Virus record (IMG/VR): IMGVR_UViG_3300034418_011473 | Span: 1 to 64,000 of that record | From: a virus | DNA: 64,000 nucleotides | Strand: one strand, 5' to 3' | Shown: one piece after another, positions 28,026-39,800 of the stretch | How positions within the stretch are numbered: position 1 is the first letter of the stretch | Layout: every line of letters begins with the position of its first letter | Made by a program: the position numbers and the translations under genes | The notes under the pieces: generated by a model | What the model was told of the DNA's origin: nothing | What the model saw: the letters and a program-made list of their open reading frames with translations, nothing else | Databases searched by the model: none

Positions 28026-30938
28026 ATGGCTAAACCCGAAGAAATTCAAAAGCTATTAGAAAATATCCAAAAGCAATATGATCGCTTAGGGAAAATAAAT
28101 CCATTTGCTAATTTTGATACTTCTAAATTTGATGATATTAATAAAGCAGTTGCTATTCTTGAGGTAGGTCTTAGAGATGCAAGAAAGGAAGTCCAACAAA
28201 TAGACTCAGATGTAAGTGGTTTAGTAAGTGGTTTTGACACCATGGTTGATTCTATAAAAAACTCAACTAGTGGGGTAAGAAATACTACTAAAGCATTCGA
28301 GGGAATGAGGGGTATAGCTCAAAAGATATTCTATGATCAACAAGGTATATCTAAATTAAATGGGAAACAACTTAAACAAATTCAAACTCAATTTAAGCAA
28401 AAATCAAAAGACTTAGAATTAAGTAAAAGTCTTTTACAAATTGAGATAGATGAATTAAAAAATAAAGGTGTACTAGATGCAAAACAAACAAAAGCATTAA
28501 AACAAAAAGAACATGCCTTAAATGCTATTAATGAACAATCAGCAGATGAAGCATCTAATCAAAAAGAATTAGAAAGACGAATAGAAGCTAGAATAAAACT
28601 AGAAGAACAATATACTGAAAAACTAGGACTAAGTGGAGCTGTAATAGGTTCTATGAAAGGAGCTTTAGACCAGCTAGGAATGAGCAGCCTTGCTAATAAA
28701 TTAGGTTTTGATGCTGCTTTAACTGAAATGGAGGAGCTTAGTCAAGAAATTGTAGATCTTGAAAACGATATATCAACTTTAAACACCAATAACCTCTCAG
28801 AAACAGACATTTTAGCAGGTAAAGGAGGAGAACACCTTAAAATCCTCCAAGAACAAAGAAATGCCTTAGGAGGTGCAAACTCTCAACTCACAAATTTAAA
28901 AAAAGGTTTTAGTTCTATGGGGGATTCCCTCATAGAAAACCTTAAAGATCCTTTATCAGCGGGATTATTTGTTGTTACTCAATTAGTAAAAGCCCTTCAA
29001 TCTACAGATAAACTAACAGGGGAAACAGCTAAAAACCTAGGCATGAGTTATAAAGAAGCCAATAATATGGTTTCTGATATGACTGATATAGCTAATCTAT
29101 CAGGTGATACCCACGTTAATACTGAAGGTTTAGTTAAATCCCAATTAGCATTAAGTAAAGCTTTAGGTACTAACTCTCAAATTAGTGGAGAATTACTTAT
29201 AGGTTTTACTAAGTTAACGGAACAAGCAGGATTTAGTGCTGATGCTATGACTAATCTTACTAAAATCAACCAGGGTACAGGTAAGTCACTAGAAGAAAAT
29301 ACAGCTGAATTATTAGGACAAGCTAAAGCTTTTAACATTAATAATGGATTAGCATTAAATGAAAAAGAATTAGTTGAAGAAATAGCAAATACAAGTGCTG
29401 CTACTGTTTTAACTCTTGGTAAATCATCTAAAGAATTAGTAGCAAACGTTGCTGCAGCCAAGCAGTTTGGTATTAATATGCAACAAGCTGAAAATATAGC
29501 AAGTAGTTTACTTAACTTCCAATCTTCTATTGAAAGTGAAATGGAAGCTGAGTTATTAACTGGTAAACAACTCAATTTAGAACAAGCAAGAATGCTTGCT
29601 TTAAAAGGAGAAACTGGTAAAGCAGCAGCTGAAGTACTTAAACAAGTAGGAAGCTCGGCTGAATTCTCTGAAATGAATGTTATGGCCCAAGAGTCATTAG
29701 CTAAAGCTATGGGTATGACACGTGAAGAACTAGCTAAATCTTTAATTGAAAGAGAAGCATTAGCTAACATAGGTATGGAAGATTTAAGTGCTCAACAAGC
29801 TTATAATGAATTAAAAAAGCAAGGACTATCAGATGATGAAATTGCTGTAAAATTAGGCAATGAACAATTAGCTAATCAACTTAAATCTGGATCTGCCCAA
29901 GAACGTATTGCTGCTATAACCGCTAAACTTCAAGATTTATTTATAGGGATAGCTGAACCTATTATGGCTATAGTTGATCCTTTATTAAATTTAGTTACAG
30001 CTGTGTTACCCGCTATAAATTTTTTACTCCAACCCATCAAAACTACATTTGATGGTATTAGTAAAATTCTAACAGGCGATTTCGAAAACCTATCAGGGAT
30101 GGAAGCAGTATTAGGAGGGATGGCTGTTACTATGGGGACCTTAATAGGTTTAGCTAAAGTTAAACAAGCTTTAGATGAAGCGCAAAAACTTGCTGGGATG
30201 GATGAATTAGATAGAATGGGTCAAATGTTAGCTATGATGGGTCTTGAAAATTTAGCTTTAGATTACCAAATAGCAAAAGAAGAAGGAAAAACAGTTTTCC
30301 AATCTTTAGGCATTGCTCTAGGGAAAACTGAATTAGGGCAAATGATAACCAAATCAGGTATTTTGACTGCTAATAATTTAAAAGAAAAAATATCACTTGG
30401 ACTAAAAGCTGCAGCTGCTGCTATGGAAAAATCTAAATTAGGAGCAATGATAGCTCAAGGTGCTCAATTTGCTTATGCTATTGCTAAAGAAACAGTTTTA
30501 TTAGGTATTAAAGTAGCACAAGCAGCCGCCGCTATGGTTGGAGTTTCAGCAGCTACTTTAGGTATAGGTACAGCTATAGCATTAGCTGCAGCTGCAGGAG
30601 GTATAGCATACTTATATAGTATATCTAAACCCAAAAAAGCAGGAGATATGCTATCCCCAGCAGACGGAAAAACCCAAATTTCTACTAAAGAAGGGGGATT
30701 ATTTGAATTATCTAAAAATGATGATCTTATAGCTGCCCCCGGAGCTGCGAAAGCTTTAGAAGGTGGTGAAGGAGGAGAAGCGGCCACTTCTAGTGGAATT
30801 AACATAGCACCTTTAGTAGCCCAAATGACTCAAATGAATGCTACGTTACAAGCTATCTTAGCTAAAGAAGGTACAGTTACATTAGATGGTACAAAAGTTG
30901 GTACAGCTTTAACAGTAGCAAGTTCAAAATTACAATAA
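28026..30938 (+). CDS. tail tape measure protein
   Basis: 970 aa, helical and Ala/Leu/Gly-rich, hydrophobic C-terminal segments; position after tube and chaperones. Confidence 0.85.
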   Translation: MAKPEEIQKLLENIQKQYDRLGKINPFANFDTSKFDDINKAVAILEVGLRDARKEVQQIDSDVSGLVSGFDTMVDSIKNSTSGVRNTTKAFEGMRGIAQKIFYDQQGISKLNGKQLKQIQTQFKQKSKDLELSKSLLQIEIDELKNKGVLDAKQTKALKQKEHALNAINEQSADEASNQKELERRIEARIKLEEQYTEKLGLSGAVIGSMKGALDQLGMSSLANKLGFDAALTEMEELSQEIVDLENDISTLNTNNLSETDILAGKGGEHLKILQEQRNALGGANSQLTNLKKGFSSMGDSLIENLKDPLSAGLFVVTQLVKALQSTDKLTGETAKNLGMSYKEANNMVSDMTDIANLSGDTHVNTEGLVKSQLALSKALGTNSQISGELLIGFTKLTEQAGFSADAMTNLTKINQGTGKSLEENTAELLGQAKAFNINNGLALNEKELVEEIANTSAATVLTLGKSSKELVANVAAAKQFGINMQQAENIASSLLNFQSSIESEMEAELLTGKQLNLEQARMLALKGETGKAAAEVLKQVGSSAEFSEMNVMAQESLAKAMGMTREELAKSLIEREALANIGMEDLSAQQAYNELKKQGLSDDEIAVKLGNEQLANQLKSGSAQERIAAITAKLQDLFIGIAEPIMAIVDPLLNLVTAVLPAINFLLQPIKTTFDGISKILTGDFENLSGMEAVLGGMAVTMGTLIGLAKVKQALDEAQKLAGMDELDRMGQMLAMMGLENLALDYQIAKEEGKTVFQSLGIALGKTELGQMITKSGILTANNLKEKISLGLKAAAAAMEKSKLGAMIAQGAQFAYAIAKETVLLGIKVAQAAAAMVGVSAATLGIGTAIALAAAAGGIAYLYSISKPKKAGDMLSPADGKTQISTKEGGLFELSKNDDLIAAPGAAKALEGGEGGEAATSSGINIAPLVAQMTQMNATLQAILAKEGTVTLDGTKVGTALTVASSKLQ

Positions 30939-30944
30939 TTTTTA

Positions 30945-30952
30945 ATATTTAT
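30945..30952 (+). promoter_or_regulatory. ATATTTAT motif
   Basis: 11 nt before ATG 30964. Confidence 0.6.
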
Positions 30953-30963
30953 AATCAAAAACT

Positions 30964-31188
30964 ATGGCATTATTAGACAAATACAACCAAAACACTTCTA
31001 CATTATCGGGTCCTAAATCTCCCAAAACTCCTGTAGGAGCAACTGCTGAATCTAAATTACATGATCAATATTCTTTAAATGGTAAACCAAATCAAAAGAA
31101 TAAACCATCACCTTCAATTTTAGATTTAAATGGAGTTACCCCAAGTAATAATTATAAAGATAACGCACCTGAAGGAGCCTCATTTTAA
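30964..31188 (+). CDS. small hypothetical virion protein
   Basis: ORF with upstream motif in the tail cluster. Confidence 0.6.
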   Translation: MALLDKYNQNTSTLSGPKSPKTPVGATAESKLHDQYSLNGKPNQKNKPSPSILDLNGVTPSNNYKDNAPEGASF

Positions 31189-31191
31189 TAA

Positions 31192-33045
31192 ATGGGTTTA
31201 ATTGATCTTAAAACAGATCTTAAGTCCTTAAAATATGGGCTTGACAGACGTGGTATGGGAAGTAGTAAAGAACCCTTTATTACTAAGTCTATACCCGAAG
31301 GGGAAACCCCTGGAGCTTCAAGAGATGTTTTACTAAGACAAGGATCAATTGTATCTAGTGCAAACGATGTTTCTAGATTATTTCAATTATTTACTACTAC
31401 TAGAGGTTTAACTTTTATAGCTAACCAAAACCTCCTCTCAAGAGGATCAGTTAAAACAGAAGCTACTTTAGGTCCTGCTTATGGTGGGGGTAATGTAAAC
31501 CAAGGTATTTATTCACCTACTTCTACATTAGCACAAGCTGGAGTAGGATTTACAGGCACTCACTTAAATTTATTAGGTTTAGACCCATCGTCACCTATAG
31601 CAGGTGTTGTAGAAGGAGGATTATTTCCTGGAGGAGGTTTAATTAGATATGAACAAGCAGTTTTTGATTTTAATAAAAACGGATTAAATAGATTAGTCAA
31701 GCTTAAAGAAGATAAAATAGATCTAGATCCTAATTCTACAGAATTATTATCTTATGGAGGAGGCCCTAACTCAGTATTAGGAATAGGAAAAACTAGAATT
31801 AAACGTACTTCTAATACTACAGGAATTAATCCTTATGGTAACCCTGATGGAGGTTTTAAATCTGTTTCTTTTAATAAAGTAAATAATTCAAAATCAAATT
31901 TAGATTTAGGCAACTCATTAGGTGCTTCTTATGAGTATTTTACTTATTCTGAAATCAGTGGATTAGAAATCCCAGATCCAGATGCTGAACTTTTAGGTAT
32001 AAATCCTGAAGATGGGTCTCAATTAAAAAGATTTGGCCCTCAAGATGATAATAAAACTCTAAGTACTTTAGAAGATAGTAATGCTCTTATTACATCTGCT
32101 AAAAATATACCCCCAACAAAGGTAGCAGCTTCTAAAACTTATTTTAACGACAACTCTCCCTCAGGTTCTATCTCAGAAATTACATATGGTGTGGGTAGTG
32201 ATAATATTTTAGTATTATCTTCATCTGTACAATCTGCTGAAGAAAGATCTAAAGTTAAAGTAGCTGAAGCTAAAACTTATTTTAATGATAATTCTCTATC
32301 TGGTTCTATATCTGATGTAATTTATGGTACTGTAGCAGATAATAAAGTAGTAACACTTAAATCCGCTTATATAAAAGGTACTAATGCATCACTTAAACAA
32401 AAAGGATTAGCAGACCCTAAGTATAAAACTACAAACTATGAAGCAGGTAATGATATTACAGGAGATAAATTTAATAAAGCAACAACTAAAAAATTAAATA
32501 CTTCTACAGAAAATATTAAACCCGATAATGATCAATTAATTAAATTTTATTTAAATTTTATTGATCCTGATAATCCTGGAATTGATAATTATTTATACTG
32601 GCAAGCTTATGTAGATAACTTTAATGATCAAATTGGAGCTGAATATGATTCTTACAATTATGTAGGTAGAGGATATCCTTTATACAAATACAAAGGGTTT
32701 ACAAGAAAAATAGGATTAGATTTTACTATTGCTGCCGGAGATGAAAATCAATTAATTGCTATATACCAAAAACTAAACACATTTATACAACGTTTAGCAC
32801 CAAATTATAGTAATGAGGGTTATTTACGTGGGAGTTTTGTTAAATTAACATTTGGAGATTACCTTAACAACGTTCCTGGAATTTTAGAGGGCATTTCATT
32901 ATCCCCAATATTTGACGCTGGTTTTGATGTAACAAATGGTCGTCAACTACCTAAAGCAATTAAAGTAAGTGGATTTAATTTTACTCCAATCGCGGATAAT
33001 AATAACCAATTAATTAGTAATAAATCAACCTTTATCTCAGTATGA
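31192..33045 (+). CDS. baseplate/tube-initiator-like protein
   Basis: C-terminal YVGRG...YKGFTRKI.LDF...VKLTFGD pattern; synteny after tape measure; internal ~46-aa duplication. Confidence 0.5.
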   Translation: MGLIDLKTDLKSLKYGLDRRGMGSSKEPFITKSIPEGETPGASRDVLLRQGSIVSSANDVSRLFQLFTTTRGLTFIANQNLLSRGSVKTEATLGPAYGGGNVNQGIYSPTSTLAQAGVGFTGTHLNLLGLDPSSPIAGVVEGGLFPGGGLIRYEQAVFDFNKNGLNRLVKLKEDKIDLDPNSTELLSYGGGPNSVLGIGKTRIKRTSNTTGINPYGNPDGGFKSVSFNKVNNSKSNLDLGNSLGASYEYFTYSEISGLEIPDPDAELLGINPEDGSQLKRFGPQDDNKTLSTLEDSNALITSAKNIPPTKVAASKTYFNDNSPSGSISEITYGVGSDNILVLSSSVQSAEERSKVKVAEAKTYFNDNSLSGSISDVIYGTVADNKVVTLKSAYIKGTNASLKQKGLADPKYKTTNYEAGNDITGDKFNKATTKKLNTSTENIKPDNDQLIKFYLNFIDPDNPGIDNYLYWQAYVDNFNDQIGAEYDSYNYVGRGYPLYKYKGFTRKIGLDFTIAAGDENQLIAIYQKLNTFIQRLAPNYSNEGYLRGSFVKLTFGDYLNNVPGILEGISLSPIFDAGFDVTNGRQLPKAIKVSGFNFTPIADNNNQLISNKSTFISV

Positions 33046-33341
33046 ACCGTTACCGTAACATTCCTGTTTTTAAAACTCCTAAAGGTAGAAGATATTATGC
33101 TAATGTAAAATATCCTGATATTCCTTATAGAGATAGTGACATTTATGTTATAGCCCAAAAAGGAGATAGATTTGATCTACTTGCGCATCAATACTATAAG
33201 GATTCTACTTTATGGTGGATAATCCCTTCAGCAAACCCAAGATTTAAACCAAATAGTTTATACCCTACTTTAGGACATCAAATAAGAATTCCAACCGATA
33301 TAGCAAGTATTATAACAGATTTTAAAAAATTAAATAAATAA
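33042..33341 (+). CDS. LysM-like baseplate protein (gp53/tail X-like)
   Basis: GDRFDLLAHQYY.D..LWWII..AN...G.QIRIP. Confidence 0.8.
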   Translation: MNRYRNIPVFKTPKGRRYYANVKYPDIPYRDSDIYVIAQKGDRFDLLAHQYYKDSTLWWIIPSANPRFKPNSLYPTLGHQIRIPTDIASIITDFKKLNK

Positions 33342-33344
33342 GTT

Positions 33345-36185
33345 ATGGGAAAAATAATAGGAGAAAGTTTTGATCCATATGTTGATTTACAAATAAAAAC
33401 ACGTCAAAAAAAATTAGGGCAAACTAATAGAGATAACGAACTACTTACCTATTTAACTTCTAAAAATTCTTGGTTAAGATTAGCTTCTTCAGTTGACATA
33501 GACAAATCAAAAGCAACAGAAATAGGTACTAATCAAATTGGTAGTTTATTAGCAAAAAATAATATATTACAAGGGGGGGTATTAAGAACTACTTCTGATC
33601 GTTCTCCTAGGGGAGGTATTGTAGAGGCATATGGAAATGATCCTACTCAAGCTTATGGGTTTAATTCTAAAGCAGAATTTGGCCTTATTCCAATCCCCTC
33701 AGTAGAATCTTTTGAAATAACTCCTAAAAATAATGGATCTTTAACTCAAGCTAAAGTTAAAGTAAAATGTTTTAGCAAACAACAATTTAAAATTCTTGAA
33801 ACTCTTTATTTAAGATTAGGATACCATTTACTTTTAGAATGGGGTCACTCAGTCTATTTTACTAATGATGGAACATTACAATCTAATCCTATCCACTCAG
33901 ACGCTTTAGATTATATATTTAAGGATGGGGGTAACGTGAGTGAGTTAAATTCCCTTATACAAAAAGAGAGAAAAGCATCTAATGGTAATTATGATGGTAT
34001 GATAGGTAGAGTTACCAATTTTGATTGGAACGTAACCGCAGACGGACATTATGAAGTGGTCATATCAATTACTTCTACTGGGGATGTAGTAGAATCTTTA
34101 GTTATATCAAAACCTCTTCCAACTAAATTAACCGAAGAATCATCTTCTGATGATAGTGAAGATGATGAAGAAAAAACATCAGATGCTATTGATAAAACAC
34201 CTTTAGGAAAAATTTTAGATTATATTAAGAGATGTTTATATCGTCCTTATCTTTCTGCTCCATTTTATTTAGGAATACAAGGTAGTAGAACTAATGTAGA
34301 TTGGTCTCCAACAACAAGTTATACGGTTTTTGGTAAAGAAGCTTTAACTAATGATAGAATAAAAAGATTAGTACAGTTAAATGATGTAACCCCTTATAAG
34401 AGTCCATTCCCTCTTGCTGATAGAGAAATAGTATACATTAATGGTGAAGGATTTTCTTCTGATTGGGATTTTTATTATATAAAATTAGGTGCTCTTTTAA
34501 GAATAATTCAAAATTTTCTTTTAGTCTACAACAAAGAACCAGGAAATGATACTCCTAAAGAGCCCATTACTTTTATAGATCATAGTTATAAGGATAGATA
34601 CAATAAGTGTTATTTACCTTATCCCATCTTTTCAGTAGACCCTAGAGTGTGTGCCATACCTTCAAAAATAAAAGTAGAGCGTAAAAGAAAATTTATTGAT
34701 TTAAAAACTTTAAATAATGCATTAGGAACAGATTTTTATGATTCAAAAGATGATTTTGTATATAATTTTATGCATATTCATATGAACATAGATTTTGTAA
34801 GACAATGCTTAATAGATAGTATAAATAATGAAGGTGATATTTTACTTTTAGATCTTATAACAAAATTATGTGATGGTATAAATACAAGTTTATGTAATTA
34901 TGTTCAGTTAGAACCATTCCATGACAAAGATGACAATACTTTATATATTGTAAACAAATCTAACTCAGATAAACTCCTCAAAGATGCTCCCCCACCAACC
35001 AGATTTAGGGTAGGATTATTACCCCAAGGAGAGAGTAGTTTTGTAAGAGAAGTTTCAATTTCTTCTACTATTCCTGCTGATTTTGCTACTCAAATAGCAA
35101 TTGGAGCCCAAGCTAACGATAAAGAAAGATCTTCCAACTCAACTCCTTTTTCAAATTGGAATAAGGGATTAGAAGATCGAATTTTTAAAGAAAAAAAGAC
35201 AGCAGCTAATGCTGTAGATACAACTAAAACGGATGCCGAAAGAAAAAAACAAGAAGACGAACGATTTGAGGAGTTAACCCGAGCAGTAGCTGATACCGTT
35301 CATTACTACTCAGATTTTGATATAGATGATGATTTATTTGAATTAGAAATAGCTGTAAAAGATTTTTTCAAATCAAAACTTAACGAAATTGAAAAAGAAG
35401 GAAAAGCAATTACACCTATAATAATTCCTATATCCCTTAATCTAACAATAGATGGCCTTTCAGGAATTAAAATATTCCAAAAATATACAATAACCGAAGA
35501 TTTTCTTCCTGATAATTATCAAAATGCTGTTGAATTTATAGTAAAAGGAATTTCTCATACTATAGATAACGGAGGATGGGTTACTAAAATAGAAGGACAA
35601 TGTATACCTAAAATTCAAGACCCCGTAATCTTTGGAAAAGCTGTAGGTCCTGTTTTACCTTCTTCAGAATCCTATCAATCCAAACCCTTTCCACCTACTA
35701 AAAATACACCAAATGCTAATGCTTTACGTTTGGTTTTAAATAAACTAGGATATAGAGAAAAAGGAGAAGAAATCTCAAATGGAGGAGATATTAGTCTTCA
35801 ACTTGCTAGCTACTCAATTTCTGTATTTACTGAAATAAAAACCCAATTTCCAAATTTACAACTTACAGTAACTGGAGGAAACGATAAATACCATCAAAAA
35901 CTTTCTTACAATTCTGCTCATAAAAGAGGAGATGGTTTAGATTTCGTGATTTCTCCATCTGATCCCATTACATTACAAAAGGTAGATTTACTCCTCCAAG
36001 GATTTGCAGCTGGAAATAGAAGTCCTGCTGTTTCATTTATAAATGAATACGATAATCCTACAAAAGCTGCTAGTGGAAAACATTTCCACATTAGAATAGG
36101 AAGAGATAAATCTGGTTATGATAAAATTCAAAATGCTTATGCACTAGCTGACAGGGGACAACTAACGACATATACTATAGCTTAA
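33345..36185 (+). CDS. baseplate hub protein with C-terminal M15-like Zn peptidase domain
   Basis: Hub-like FIVKGISHTI...WVTKIEG; C-terminal SAHKRGDGLDF (H-x6-D) and HFH. Confidence 0.65.
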   Translation: MGKIIGESFDPYVDLQIKTRQKKLGQTNRDNELLTYLTSKNSWLRLASSVDIDKSKATEIGTNQIGSLLAKNNILQGGVLRTTSDRSPRGGIVEAYGNDPTQAYGFNSKAEFGLIPIPSVESFEITPKNNGSLTQAKVKVKCFSKQQFKILETLYLRLGYHLLLEWGHSVYFTNDGTLQSNPIHSDALDYIFKDGGNVSELNSLIQKERKASNGNYDGMIGRVTNFDWNVTADGHYEVVISITSTGDVVESLVISKPLPTKLTEESSSDDSEDDEEKTSDAIDKTPLGKILDYIKRCLYRPYLSAPFYLGIQGSRTNVDWSPTTSYTVFGKEALTNDRIKRLVQLNDVTPYKSPFPLADREIVYINGEGFSSDWDFYYIKLGALLRIIQNFLLVYNKEPGNDTPKEPITFIDHSYKDRYNKCYLPYPIFSVDPRVCAIPSKIKVERKRKFIDLKTLNNALGTDFYDSKDDFVYNFMHIHMNIDFVRQCLIDSINNEGDILLLDLITKLCDGINTSLCNYVQLEPFHDKDDNTLYIVNKSNSDKLLKDAPPPTRFRVGLLPQGESSFVREVSISSTIPADFATQIAIGAQANDKERSSNSTPFSNWNKGLEDRIFKEKKTAANAVDTTKTDAERKKQEDERFEELTRAVADTVHYYSDFDIDDDLFELEIAVKDFFKSKLNEIEKEGKAITPIIIPISLNLTIDGLSGIKIFQKYTITEDFLPDNYQNAVEFIVKGISHTIDNGGWVTKIEGQCIPKIQDPVIFGKAVGPVLPSSESYQSKPFPPTKNTPNANALRLVLNKLGYREKGEEISNGGDISLQLASYSISVFTEIKTQFPNLQLTVTGGNDKYHQKLSYNSAHKRGDGLDFVISPSDPITLQKVDLLLQGFAAGNRSPAVSFINEYDNPTKAASGKHFHIRIGRDKSGYDKIQNAYALADRGQLTTYTIA

Positions 36186-36189
36186 TACA

Positions 36190-36795
36190 ATGCCTTATAT
36201 TCCTAAAAATAGAATTCAACCAAACCTCTACACAGCAGGAGGAGAATTTTATATTCCTGGAGTTAATTCTGATTATATAGGTTATTATTATAAAATTTAT
36301 ACTGGTAAAAATTATACAGGTAGAACACCTAATGATAAACCTAATTACTTATTAGTTCCTATTGAAGAATATAATGTTGATGTTGAAGATAATTCAATAA
36401 AAGTAGAGGTATTAAATAGTTATGAATCTCTTATTTATAATGAAATAAGAAATTTAGCTGACTCTCCTACAATTTTTGTCCCTCAATTATTTTACACTCA
36501 ACCTACTGAAGATGATTATAAATTAGGTGAATTCCAAAGATTTTTTTGTAAAAAAAGAAACGAATTTATTTATTTAGAAATTTCTAAATCCGATTATGAT
36601 AAATTATCTCAAAGAAATTCTAGTATAGATTTCAAAAATTGGGAACCTTTTAATATACCTTGGACTTTAACAGGTGATAGAACTACAGTATATAAAGTTA
36701 ATCGCAATGTAGTTTTATTAGAAGAAAAAAACAATAAATTTTATGGTTTTGAAAAGTATCTTCGAGAAGACTATTTAAGATACTATCAATCTTGA
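36190..36795 (+). CDS. baseplate-cluster hypothetical protein
   Basis: ORF tightly packed after the hub gene. Confidence 0.65.
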   Translation: MPYIPKNRIQPNLYTAGGEFYIPGVNSDYIGYYYKIYTGKNYTGRTPNDKPNYLLVPIEEYNVDVEDNSIKVEVLNSYESLIYNEIRNLADSPTIFVPQLFYTQPTEDDYKLGEFQRFFCKKRNEFIYLEISKSDYDKLSQRNSSIDFKNWEPFNIPWTLTGDRTTVYKVNRNVVLLEEKNNKFYGFEKYLREDYLRYYQS

Positions 36796-36803
36796 ATATT
36801 TAT
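36796..36803 (+). promoter_or_regulatory. ATATTTAT motif
   Basis: 19 nt before ATG 36823. Confidence 0.6.
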
Positions 36804-36822
36804 AACGAAGAACCACTAGTTT

Positions 36823-39800
36823 ATGGCACAAGAATTTTTAGCAGATAGGGATTTAGGGGCATTTTGCATACCTTATAAAGTAGCAGGCAACTCTATTATC
36901 CCCCCTACAGGCCATTTAAGCTTTTATAACAAATTAGACGTTCGTTATGTAACAAGAGTCGACATTCATAAAAACGACTTTAATAACAACAATATATTAA
37001 GGTATTTAACGGGAAGTAATAAAGGAAATCTAACGATTTCATCCAAAAATTTTCCAACTTCATACGCAGTTTTTTCTTATACAGAAATAACTTCTAATTC
37101 AAATTATGTAACCTTTACTTTAGATACAGGTGCTGTAGCCTCATCTGCAAATTTGCCTTTTACAACAGGAGAAGAAGTTTGTATTAAGTTAGATTATAAT
37201 GATGGTGAGGGGGGTACTGGGGGAGTTGCTGGCACTAACGGCACCTCGGGTACTTCTGGGATAGGAGGAGTAACTACGGGAGGAGATGACATTGAAGTAA
37301 CTGGAGCAGGCACCGAAAGTGATCCTTATGTAATTAATTATACTGGTAGTTCCTCATCTGGCACTTCAGGCACTTCTGGCACTTCTGGCACTTCTGGCAC
37401 TTCGGGTACTTCAGGCACTTCAGGCACTTCAGGCACTTCAGGTACTAGTGGTTCATCAGGCACTTCAGGTTCATCAGGTACTTCGGGTTCTTCAGGCACA
37501 AGTGGTTCAAGTGGCACTTCAGGTTCTTCGGGTACCAGTGGCACTTCAGGTACTAGTGGTTCTTCAGGTACTTCAGGTATAGATGGTTCTTCAGGTACTA
37601 GTGGCTCTTCAGGCACTTCAGGTATAGATGGTTCTTCAGGTACTAGTGGTACTACAGGCACTTCAGGCACTTCAGGCACTTCAGGTGAAACTGGTCCTAC
37701 AGGTCCTTTAGGTCCTGAAGGTTCATCTGGTACTAGTGGTTCATCAGGTATTTCTGGCACTTCTGGCACTTCTGGTACTTCGGGTGCTGATGGAGATACT
37801 TACTCAAATTGTAGTACCCAAAATTTATCAACCCCTACCCCAGGCACCCAAATCACTATTACAATAGCAACTGGGTTAGCTTATACTCCGGGTCAAAGTG
37901 TAATTCTAGCCCAACAATCTACTCCTAGTAATTATATTGAAGGTACAGTAAACAATTATACTTCTGGAACAGGATCTATAACAATTGATGTAACTGCTGT
38001 AGGGGGTAGTTTTAGTGGACCTACAACATGGTGTATTAACCTAGCAGGTGCTACAGGACAAGCAGGATCCTCTGGTACTTCAGGTACTACGGGTACTTCA
38101 GGAACCTCAGGTATAGATGGTTCTTCAGGCACTGCGGGTACATCCGGATCATCTGGTCTTACAGGTCTAACAGGCACTTCAGGTTCATCCGGCACTTCAG
38201 GCTCATCAGGCACTTCAGGTTCATCTGGTACTAGTGGCTCTTCCGGCACTTCAGGTTCATCAGGTACTTCAGGTTCATCAGGCACTTCAGGCACTTCAGG
38301 CACTTCAGGTTCATCAGGCACTTCAGGTATAGATGGCTCTTCAGGTACTTCGGGTGAAGATGGCTCTTCAGGTACTAGTGGCTCTTCAGGTACTAACGGT
38401 TCTTCAGGTACTAGTGGTTTTTCGGGTACTTCAGGTACTAACGGTTCTTCAGGTACTAGTGGTACTACAGGTACTTCAGGCACTTCAGGTGAAACTGGTC
38501 CTACAGGTCCTTTAGGTCCTGAAGGTTCATCTGGTACTAGTGGTACTTCAGGTACCTCAGGAGGTATAGGTCCTATAGGTCCCGAAGGTTCCTCAGGTAC
38601 TTCAGGTTCTTCTGGTACTTCAGGTTCATCAGGTGTTTCAGGTTCATCAGGTACTTCAGGCGTAGATGGTTCATCAGGCACTTCAGGTGAAACTGGTCCT
38701 ATAGGTCCTATAGGCCCTATAGGTCCTACAGGTCCTTCAGGTGATAATGGTTCATCAGGTACTTCAGGTTCATCAGGTACTTCAGGTTCATCAGGCACGT
38801 CAGGTATTTCAGGTTCTTCTGGTACTTCAGGCATAGACGGTTCTTCAGGCACTTCAGGTGGTACTGGTCCTATAGGACCTATAGGTCCTGAAGGTTCTTC
38901 AGGTACTAGTGGCTCTTCAGGTACTAGTGGTTCATCAGGTCTTACAGGTCTAACAGGTACTTCTGGTTCATCAGGTACTTCTGGTTCATCAGGTACTTCA
39001 GGTTCTTCAGGTACTTCAGGTACTTCAGGTTCATCAGGTTCTTCAGGCACTTCAGGATCTTCAGGCCTTTCAGGTTTAACAGGCACTTCAGGATCTTCTG
39101 GCACTTCGGGTTCATCTGGTACTTCAGGCTCATCAGGTACCTCAGGTTCTTCAGGTACTTCAGGTTCATCTGGTACTAGTGGTTCATCTGGTACTTCAGG
39201 ATCTTCTGGCACTTCGGGTTCATCTGGTACTTCAGGTTCATCAGGTACTAGTGGTTCTTCAGGTACTAGTGGTTCTTCAGGTACTAGTGGTTCATCTGGT
39301 ACTTCAGGCTTTTCAGGTACTAGTGGTTCTTCAGGTACTAGTGGTTCTTCAGGTACTAGTGGTTCATCTGGTACTTCAGGCTCATCAGGTACTAGTGGTT
39401 CTTCAGGTACTAGTGGTTCTTCAGGTACTAGTGGTTCATCTGGTACTTCAGGTTCATCAGGTACTAGTGGTTCTTCAGGTACTAGTGGTTCTTCAGGTAC
39501 TAGTGGTTCATCTGGCACTTCAGGCTCATCAGGTACTAGTGGTTCTTCAGGTACTAGTGGTTCTTCAGGTACTAGTGGTTCATCTGGTACTTCAGGCTCT
39601 TCAGGTACTAGTGGTTCTTCAGGTACTAGTGGTTCTTCAGGCACTAGTGGTTCATCTGGTACTTCAGGCTCATCAGGTACTAGTGGCTCCTCAGGCACTT
39701 CAGGTTCTTCTGGTACTTCTGGTTCATCAGGTACTTCTGGTTCATCAGGCACTTCAGGTTCTTCTGGTACTAGTGGCTCCTCAGGCACTTCAGGTACTTC

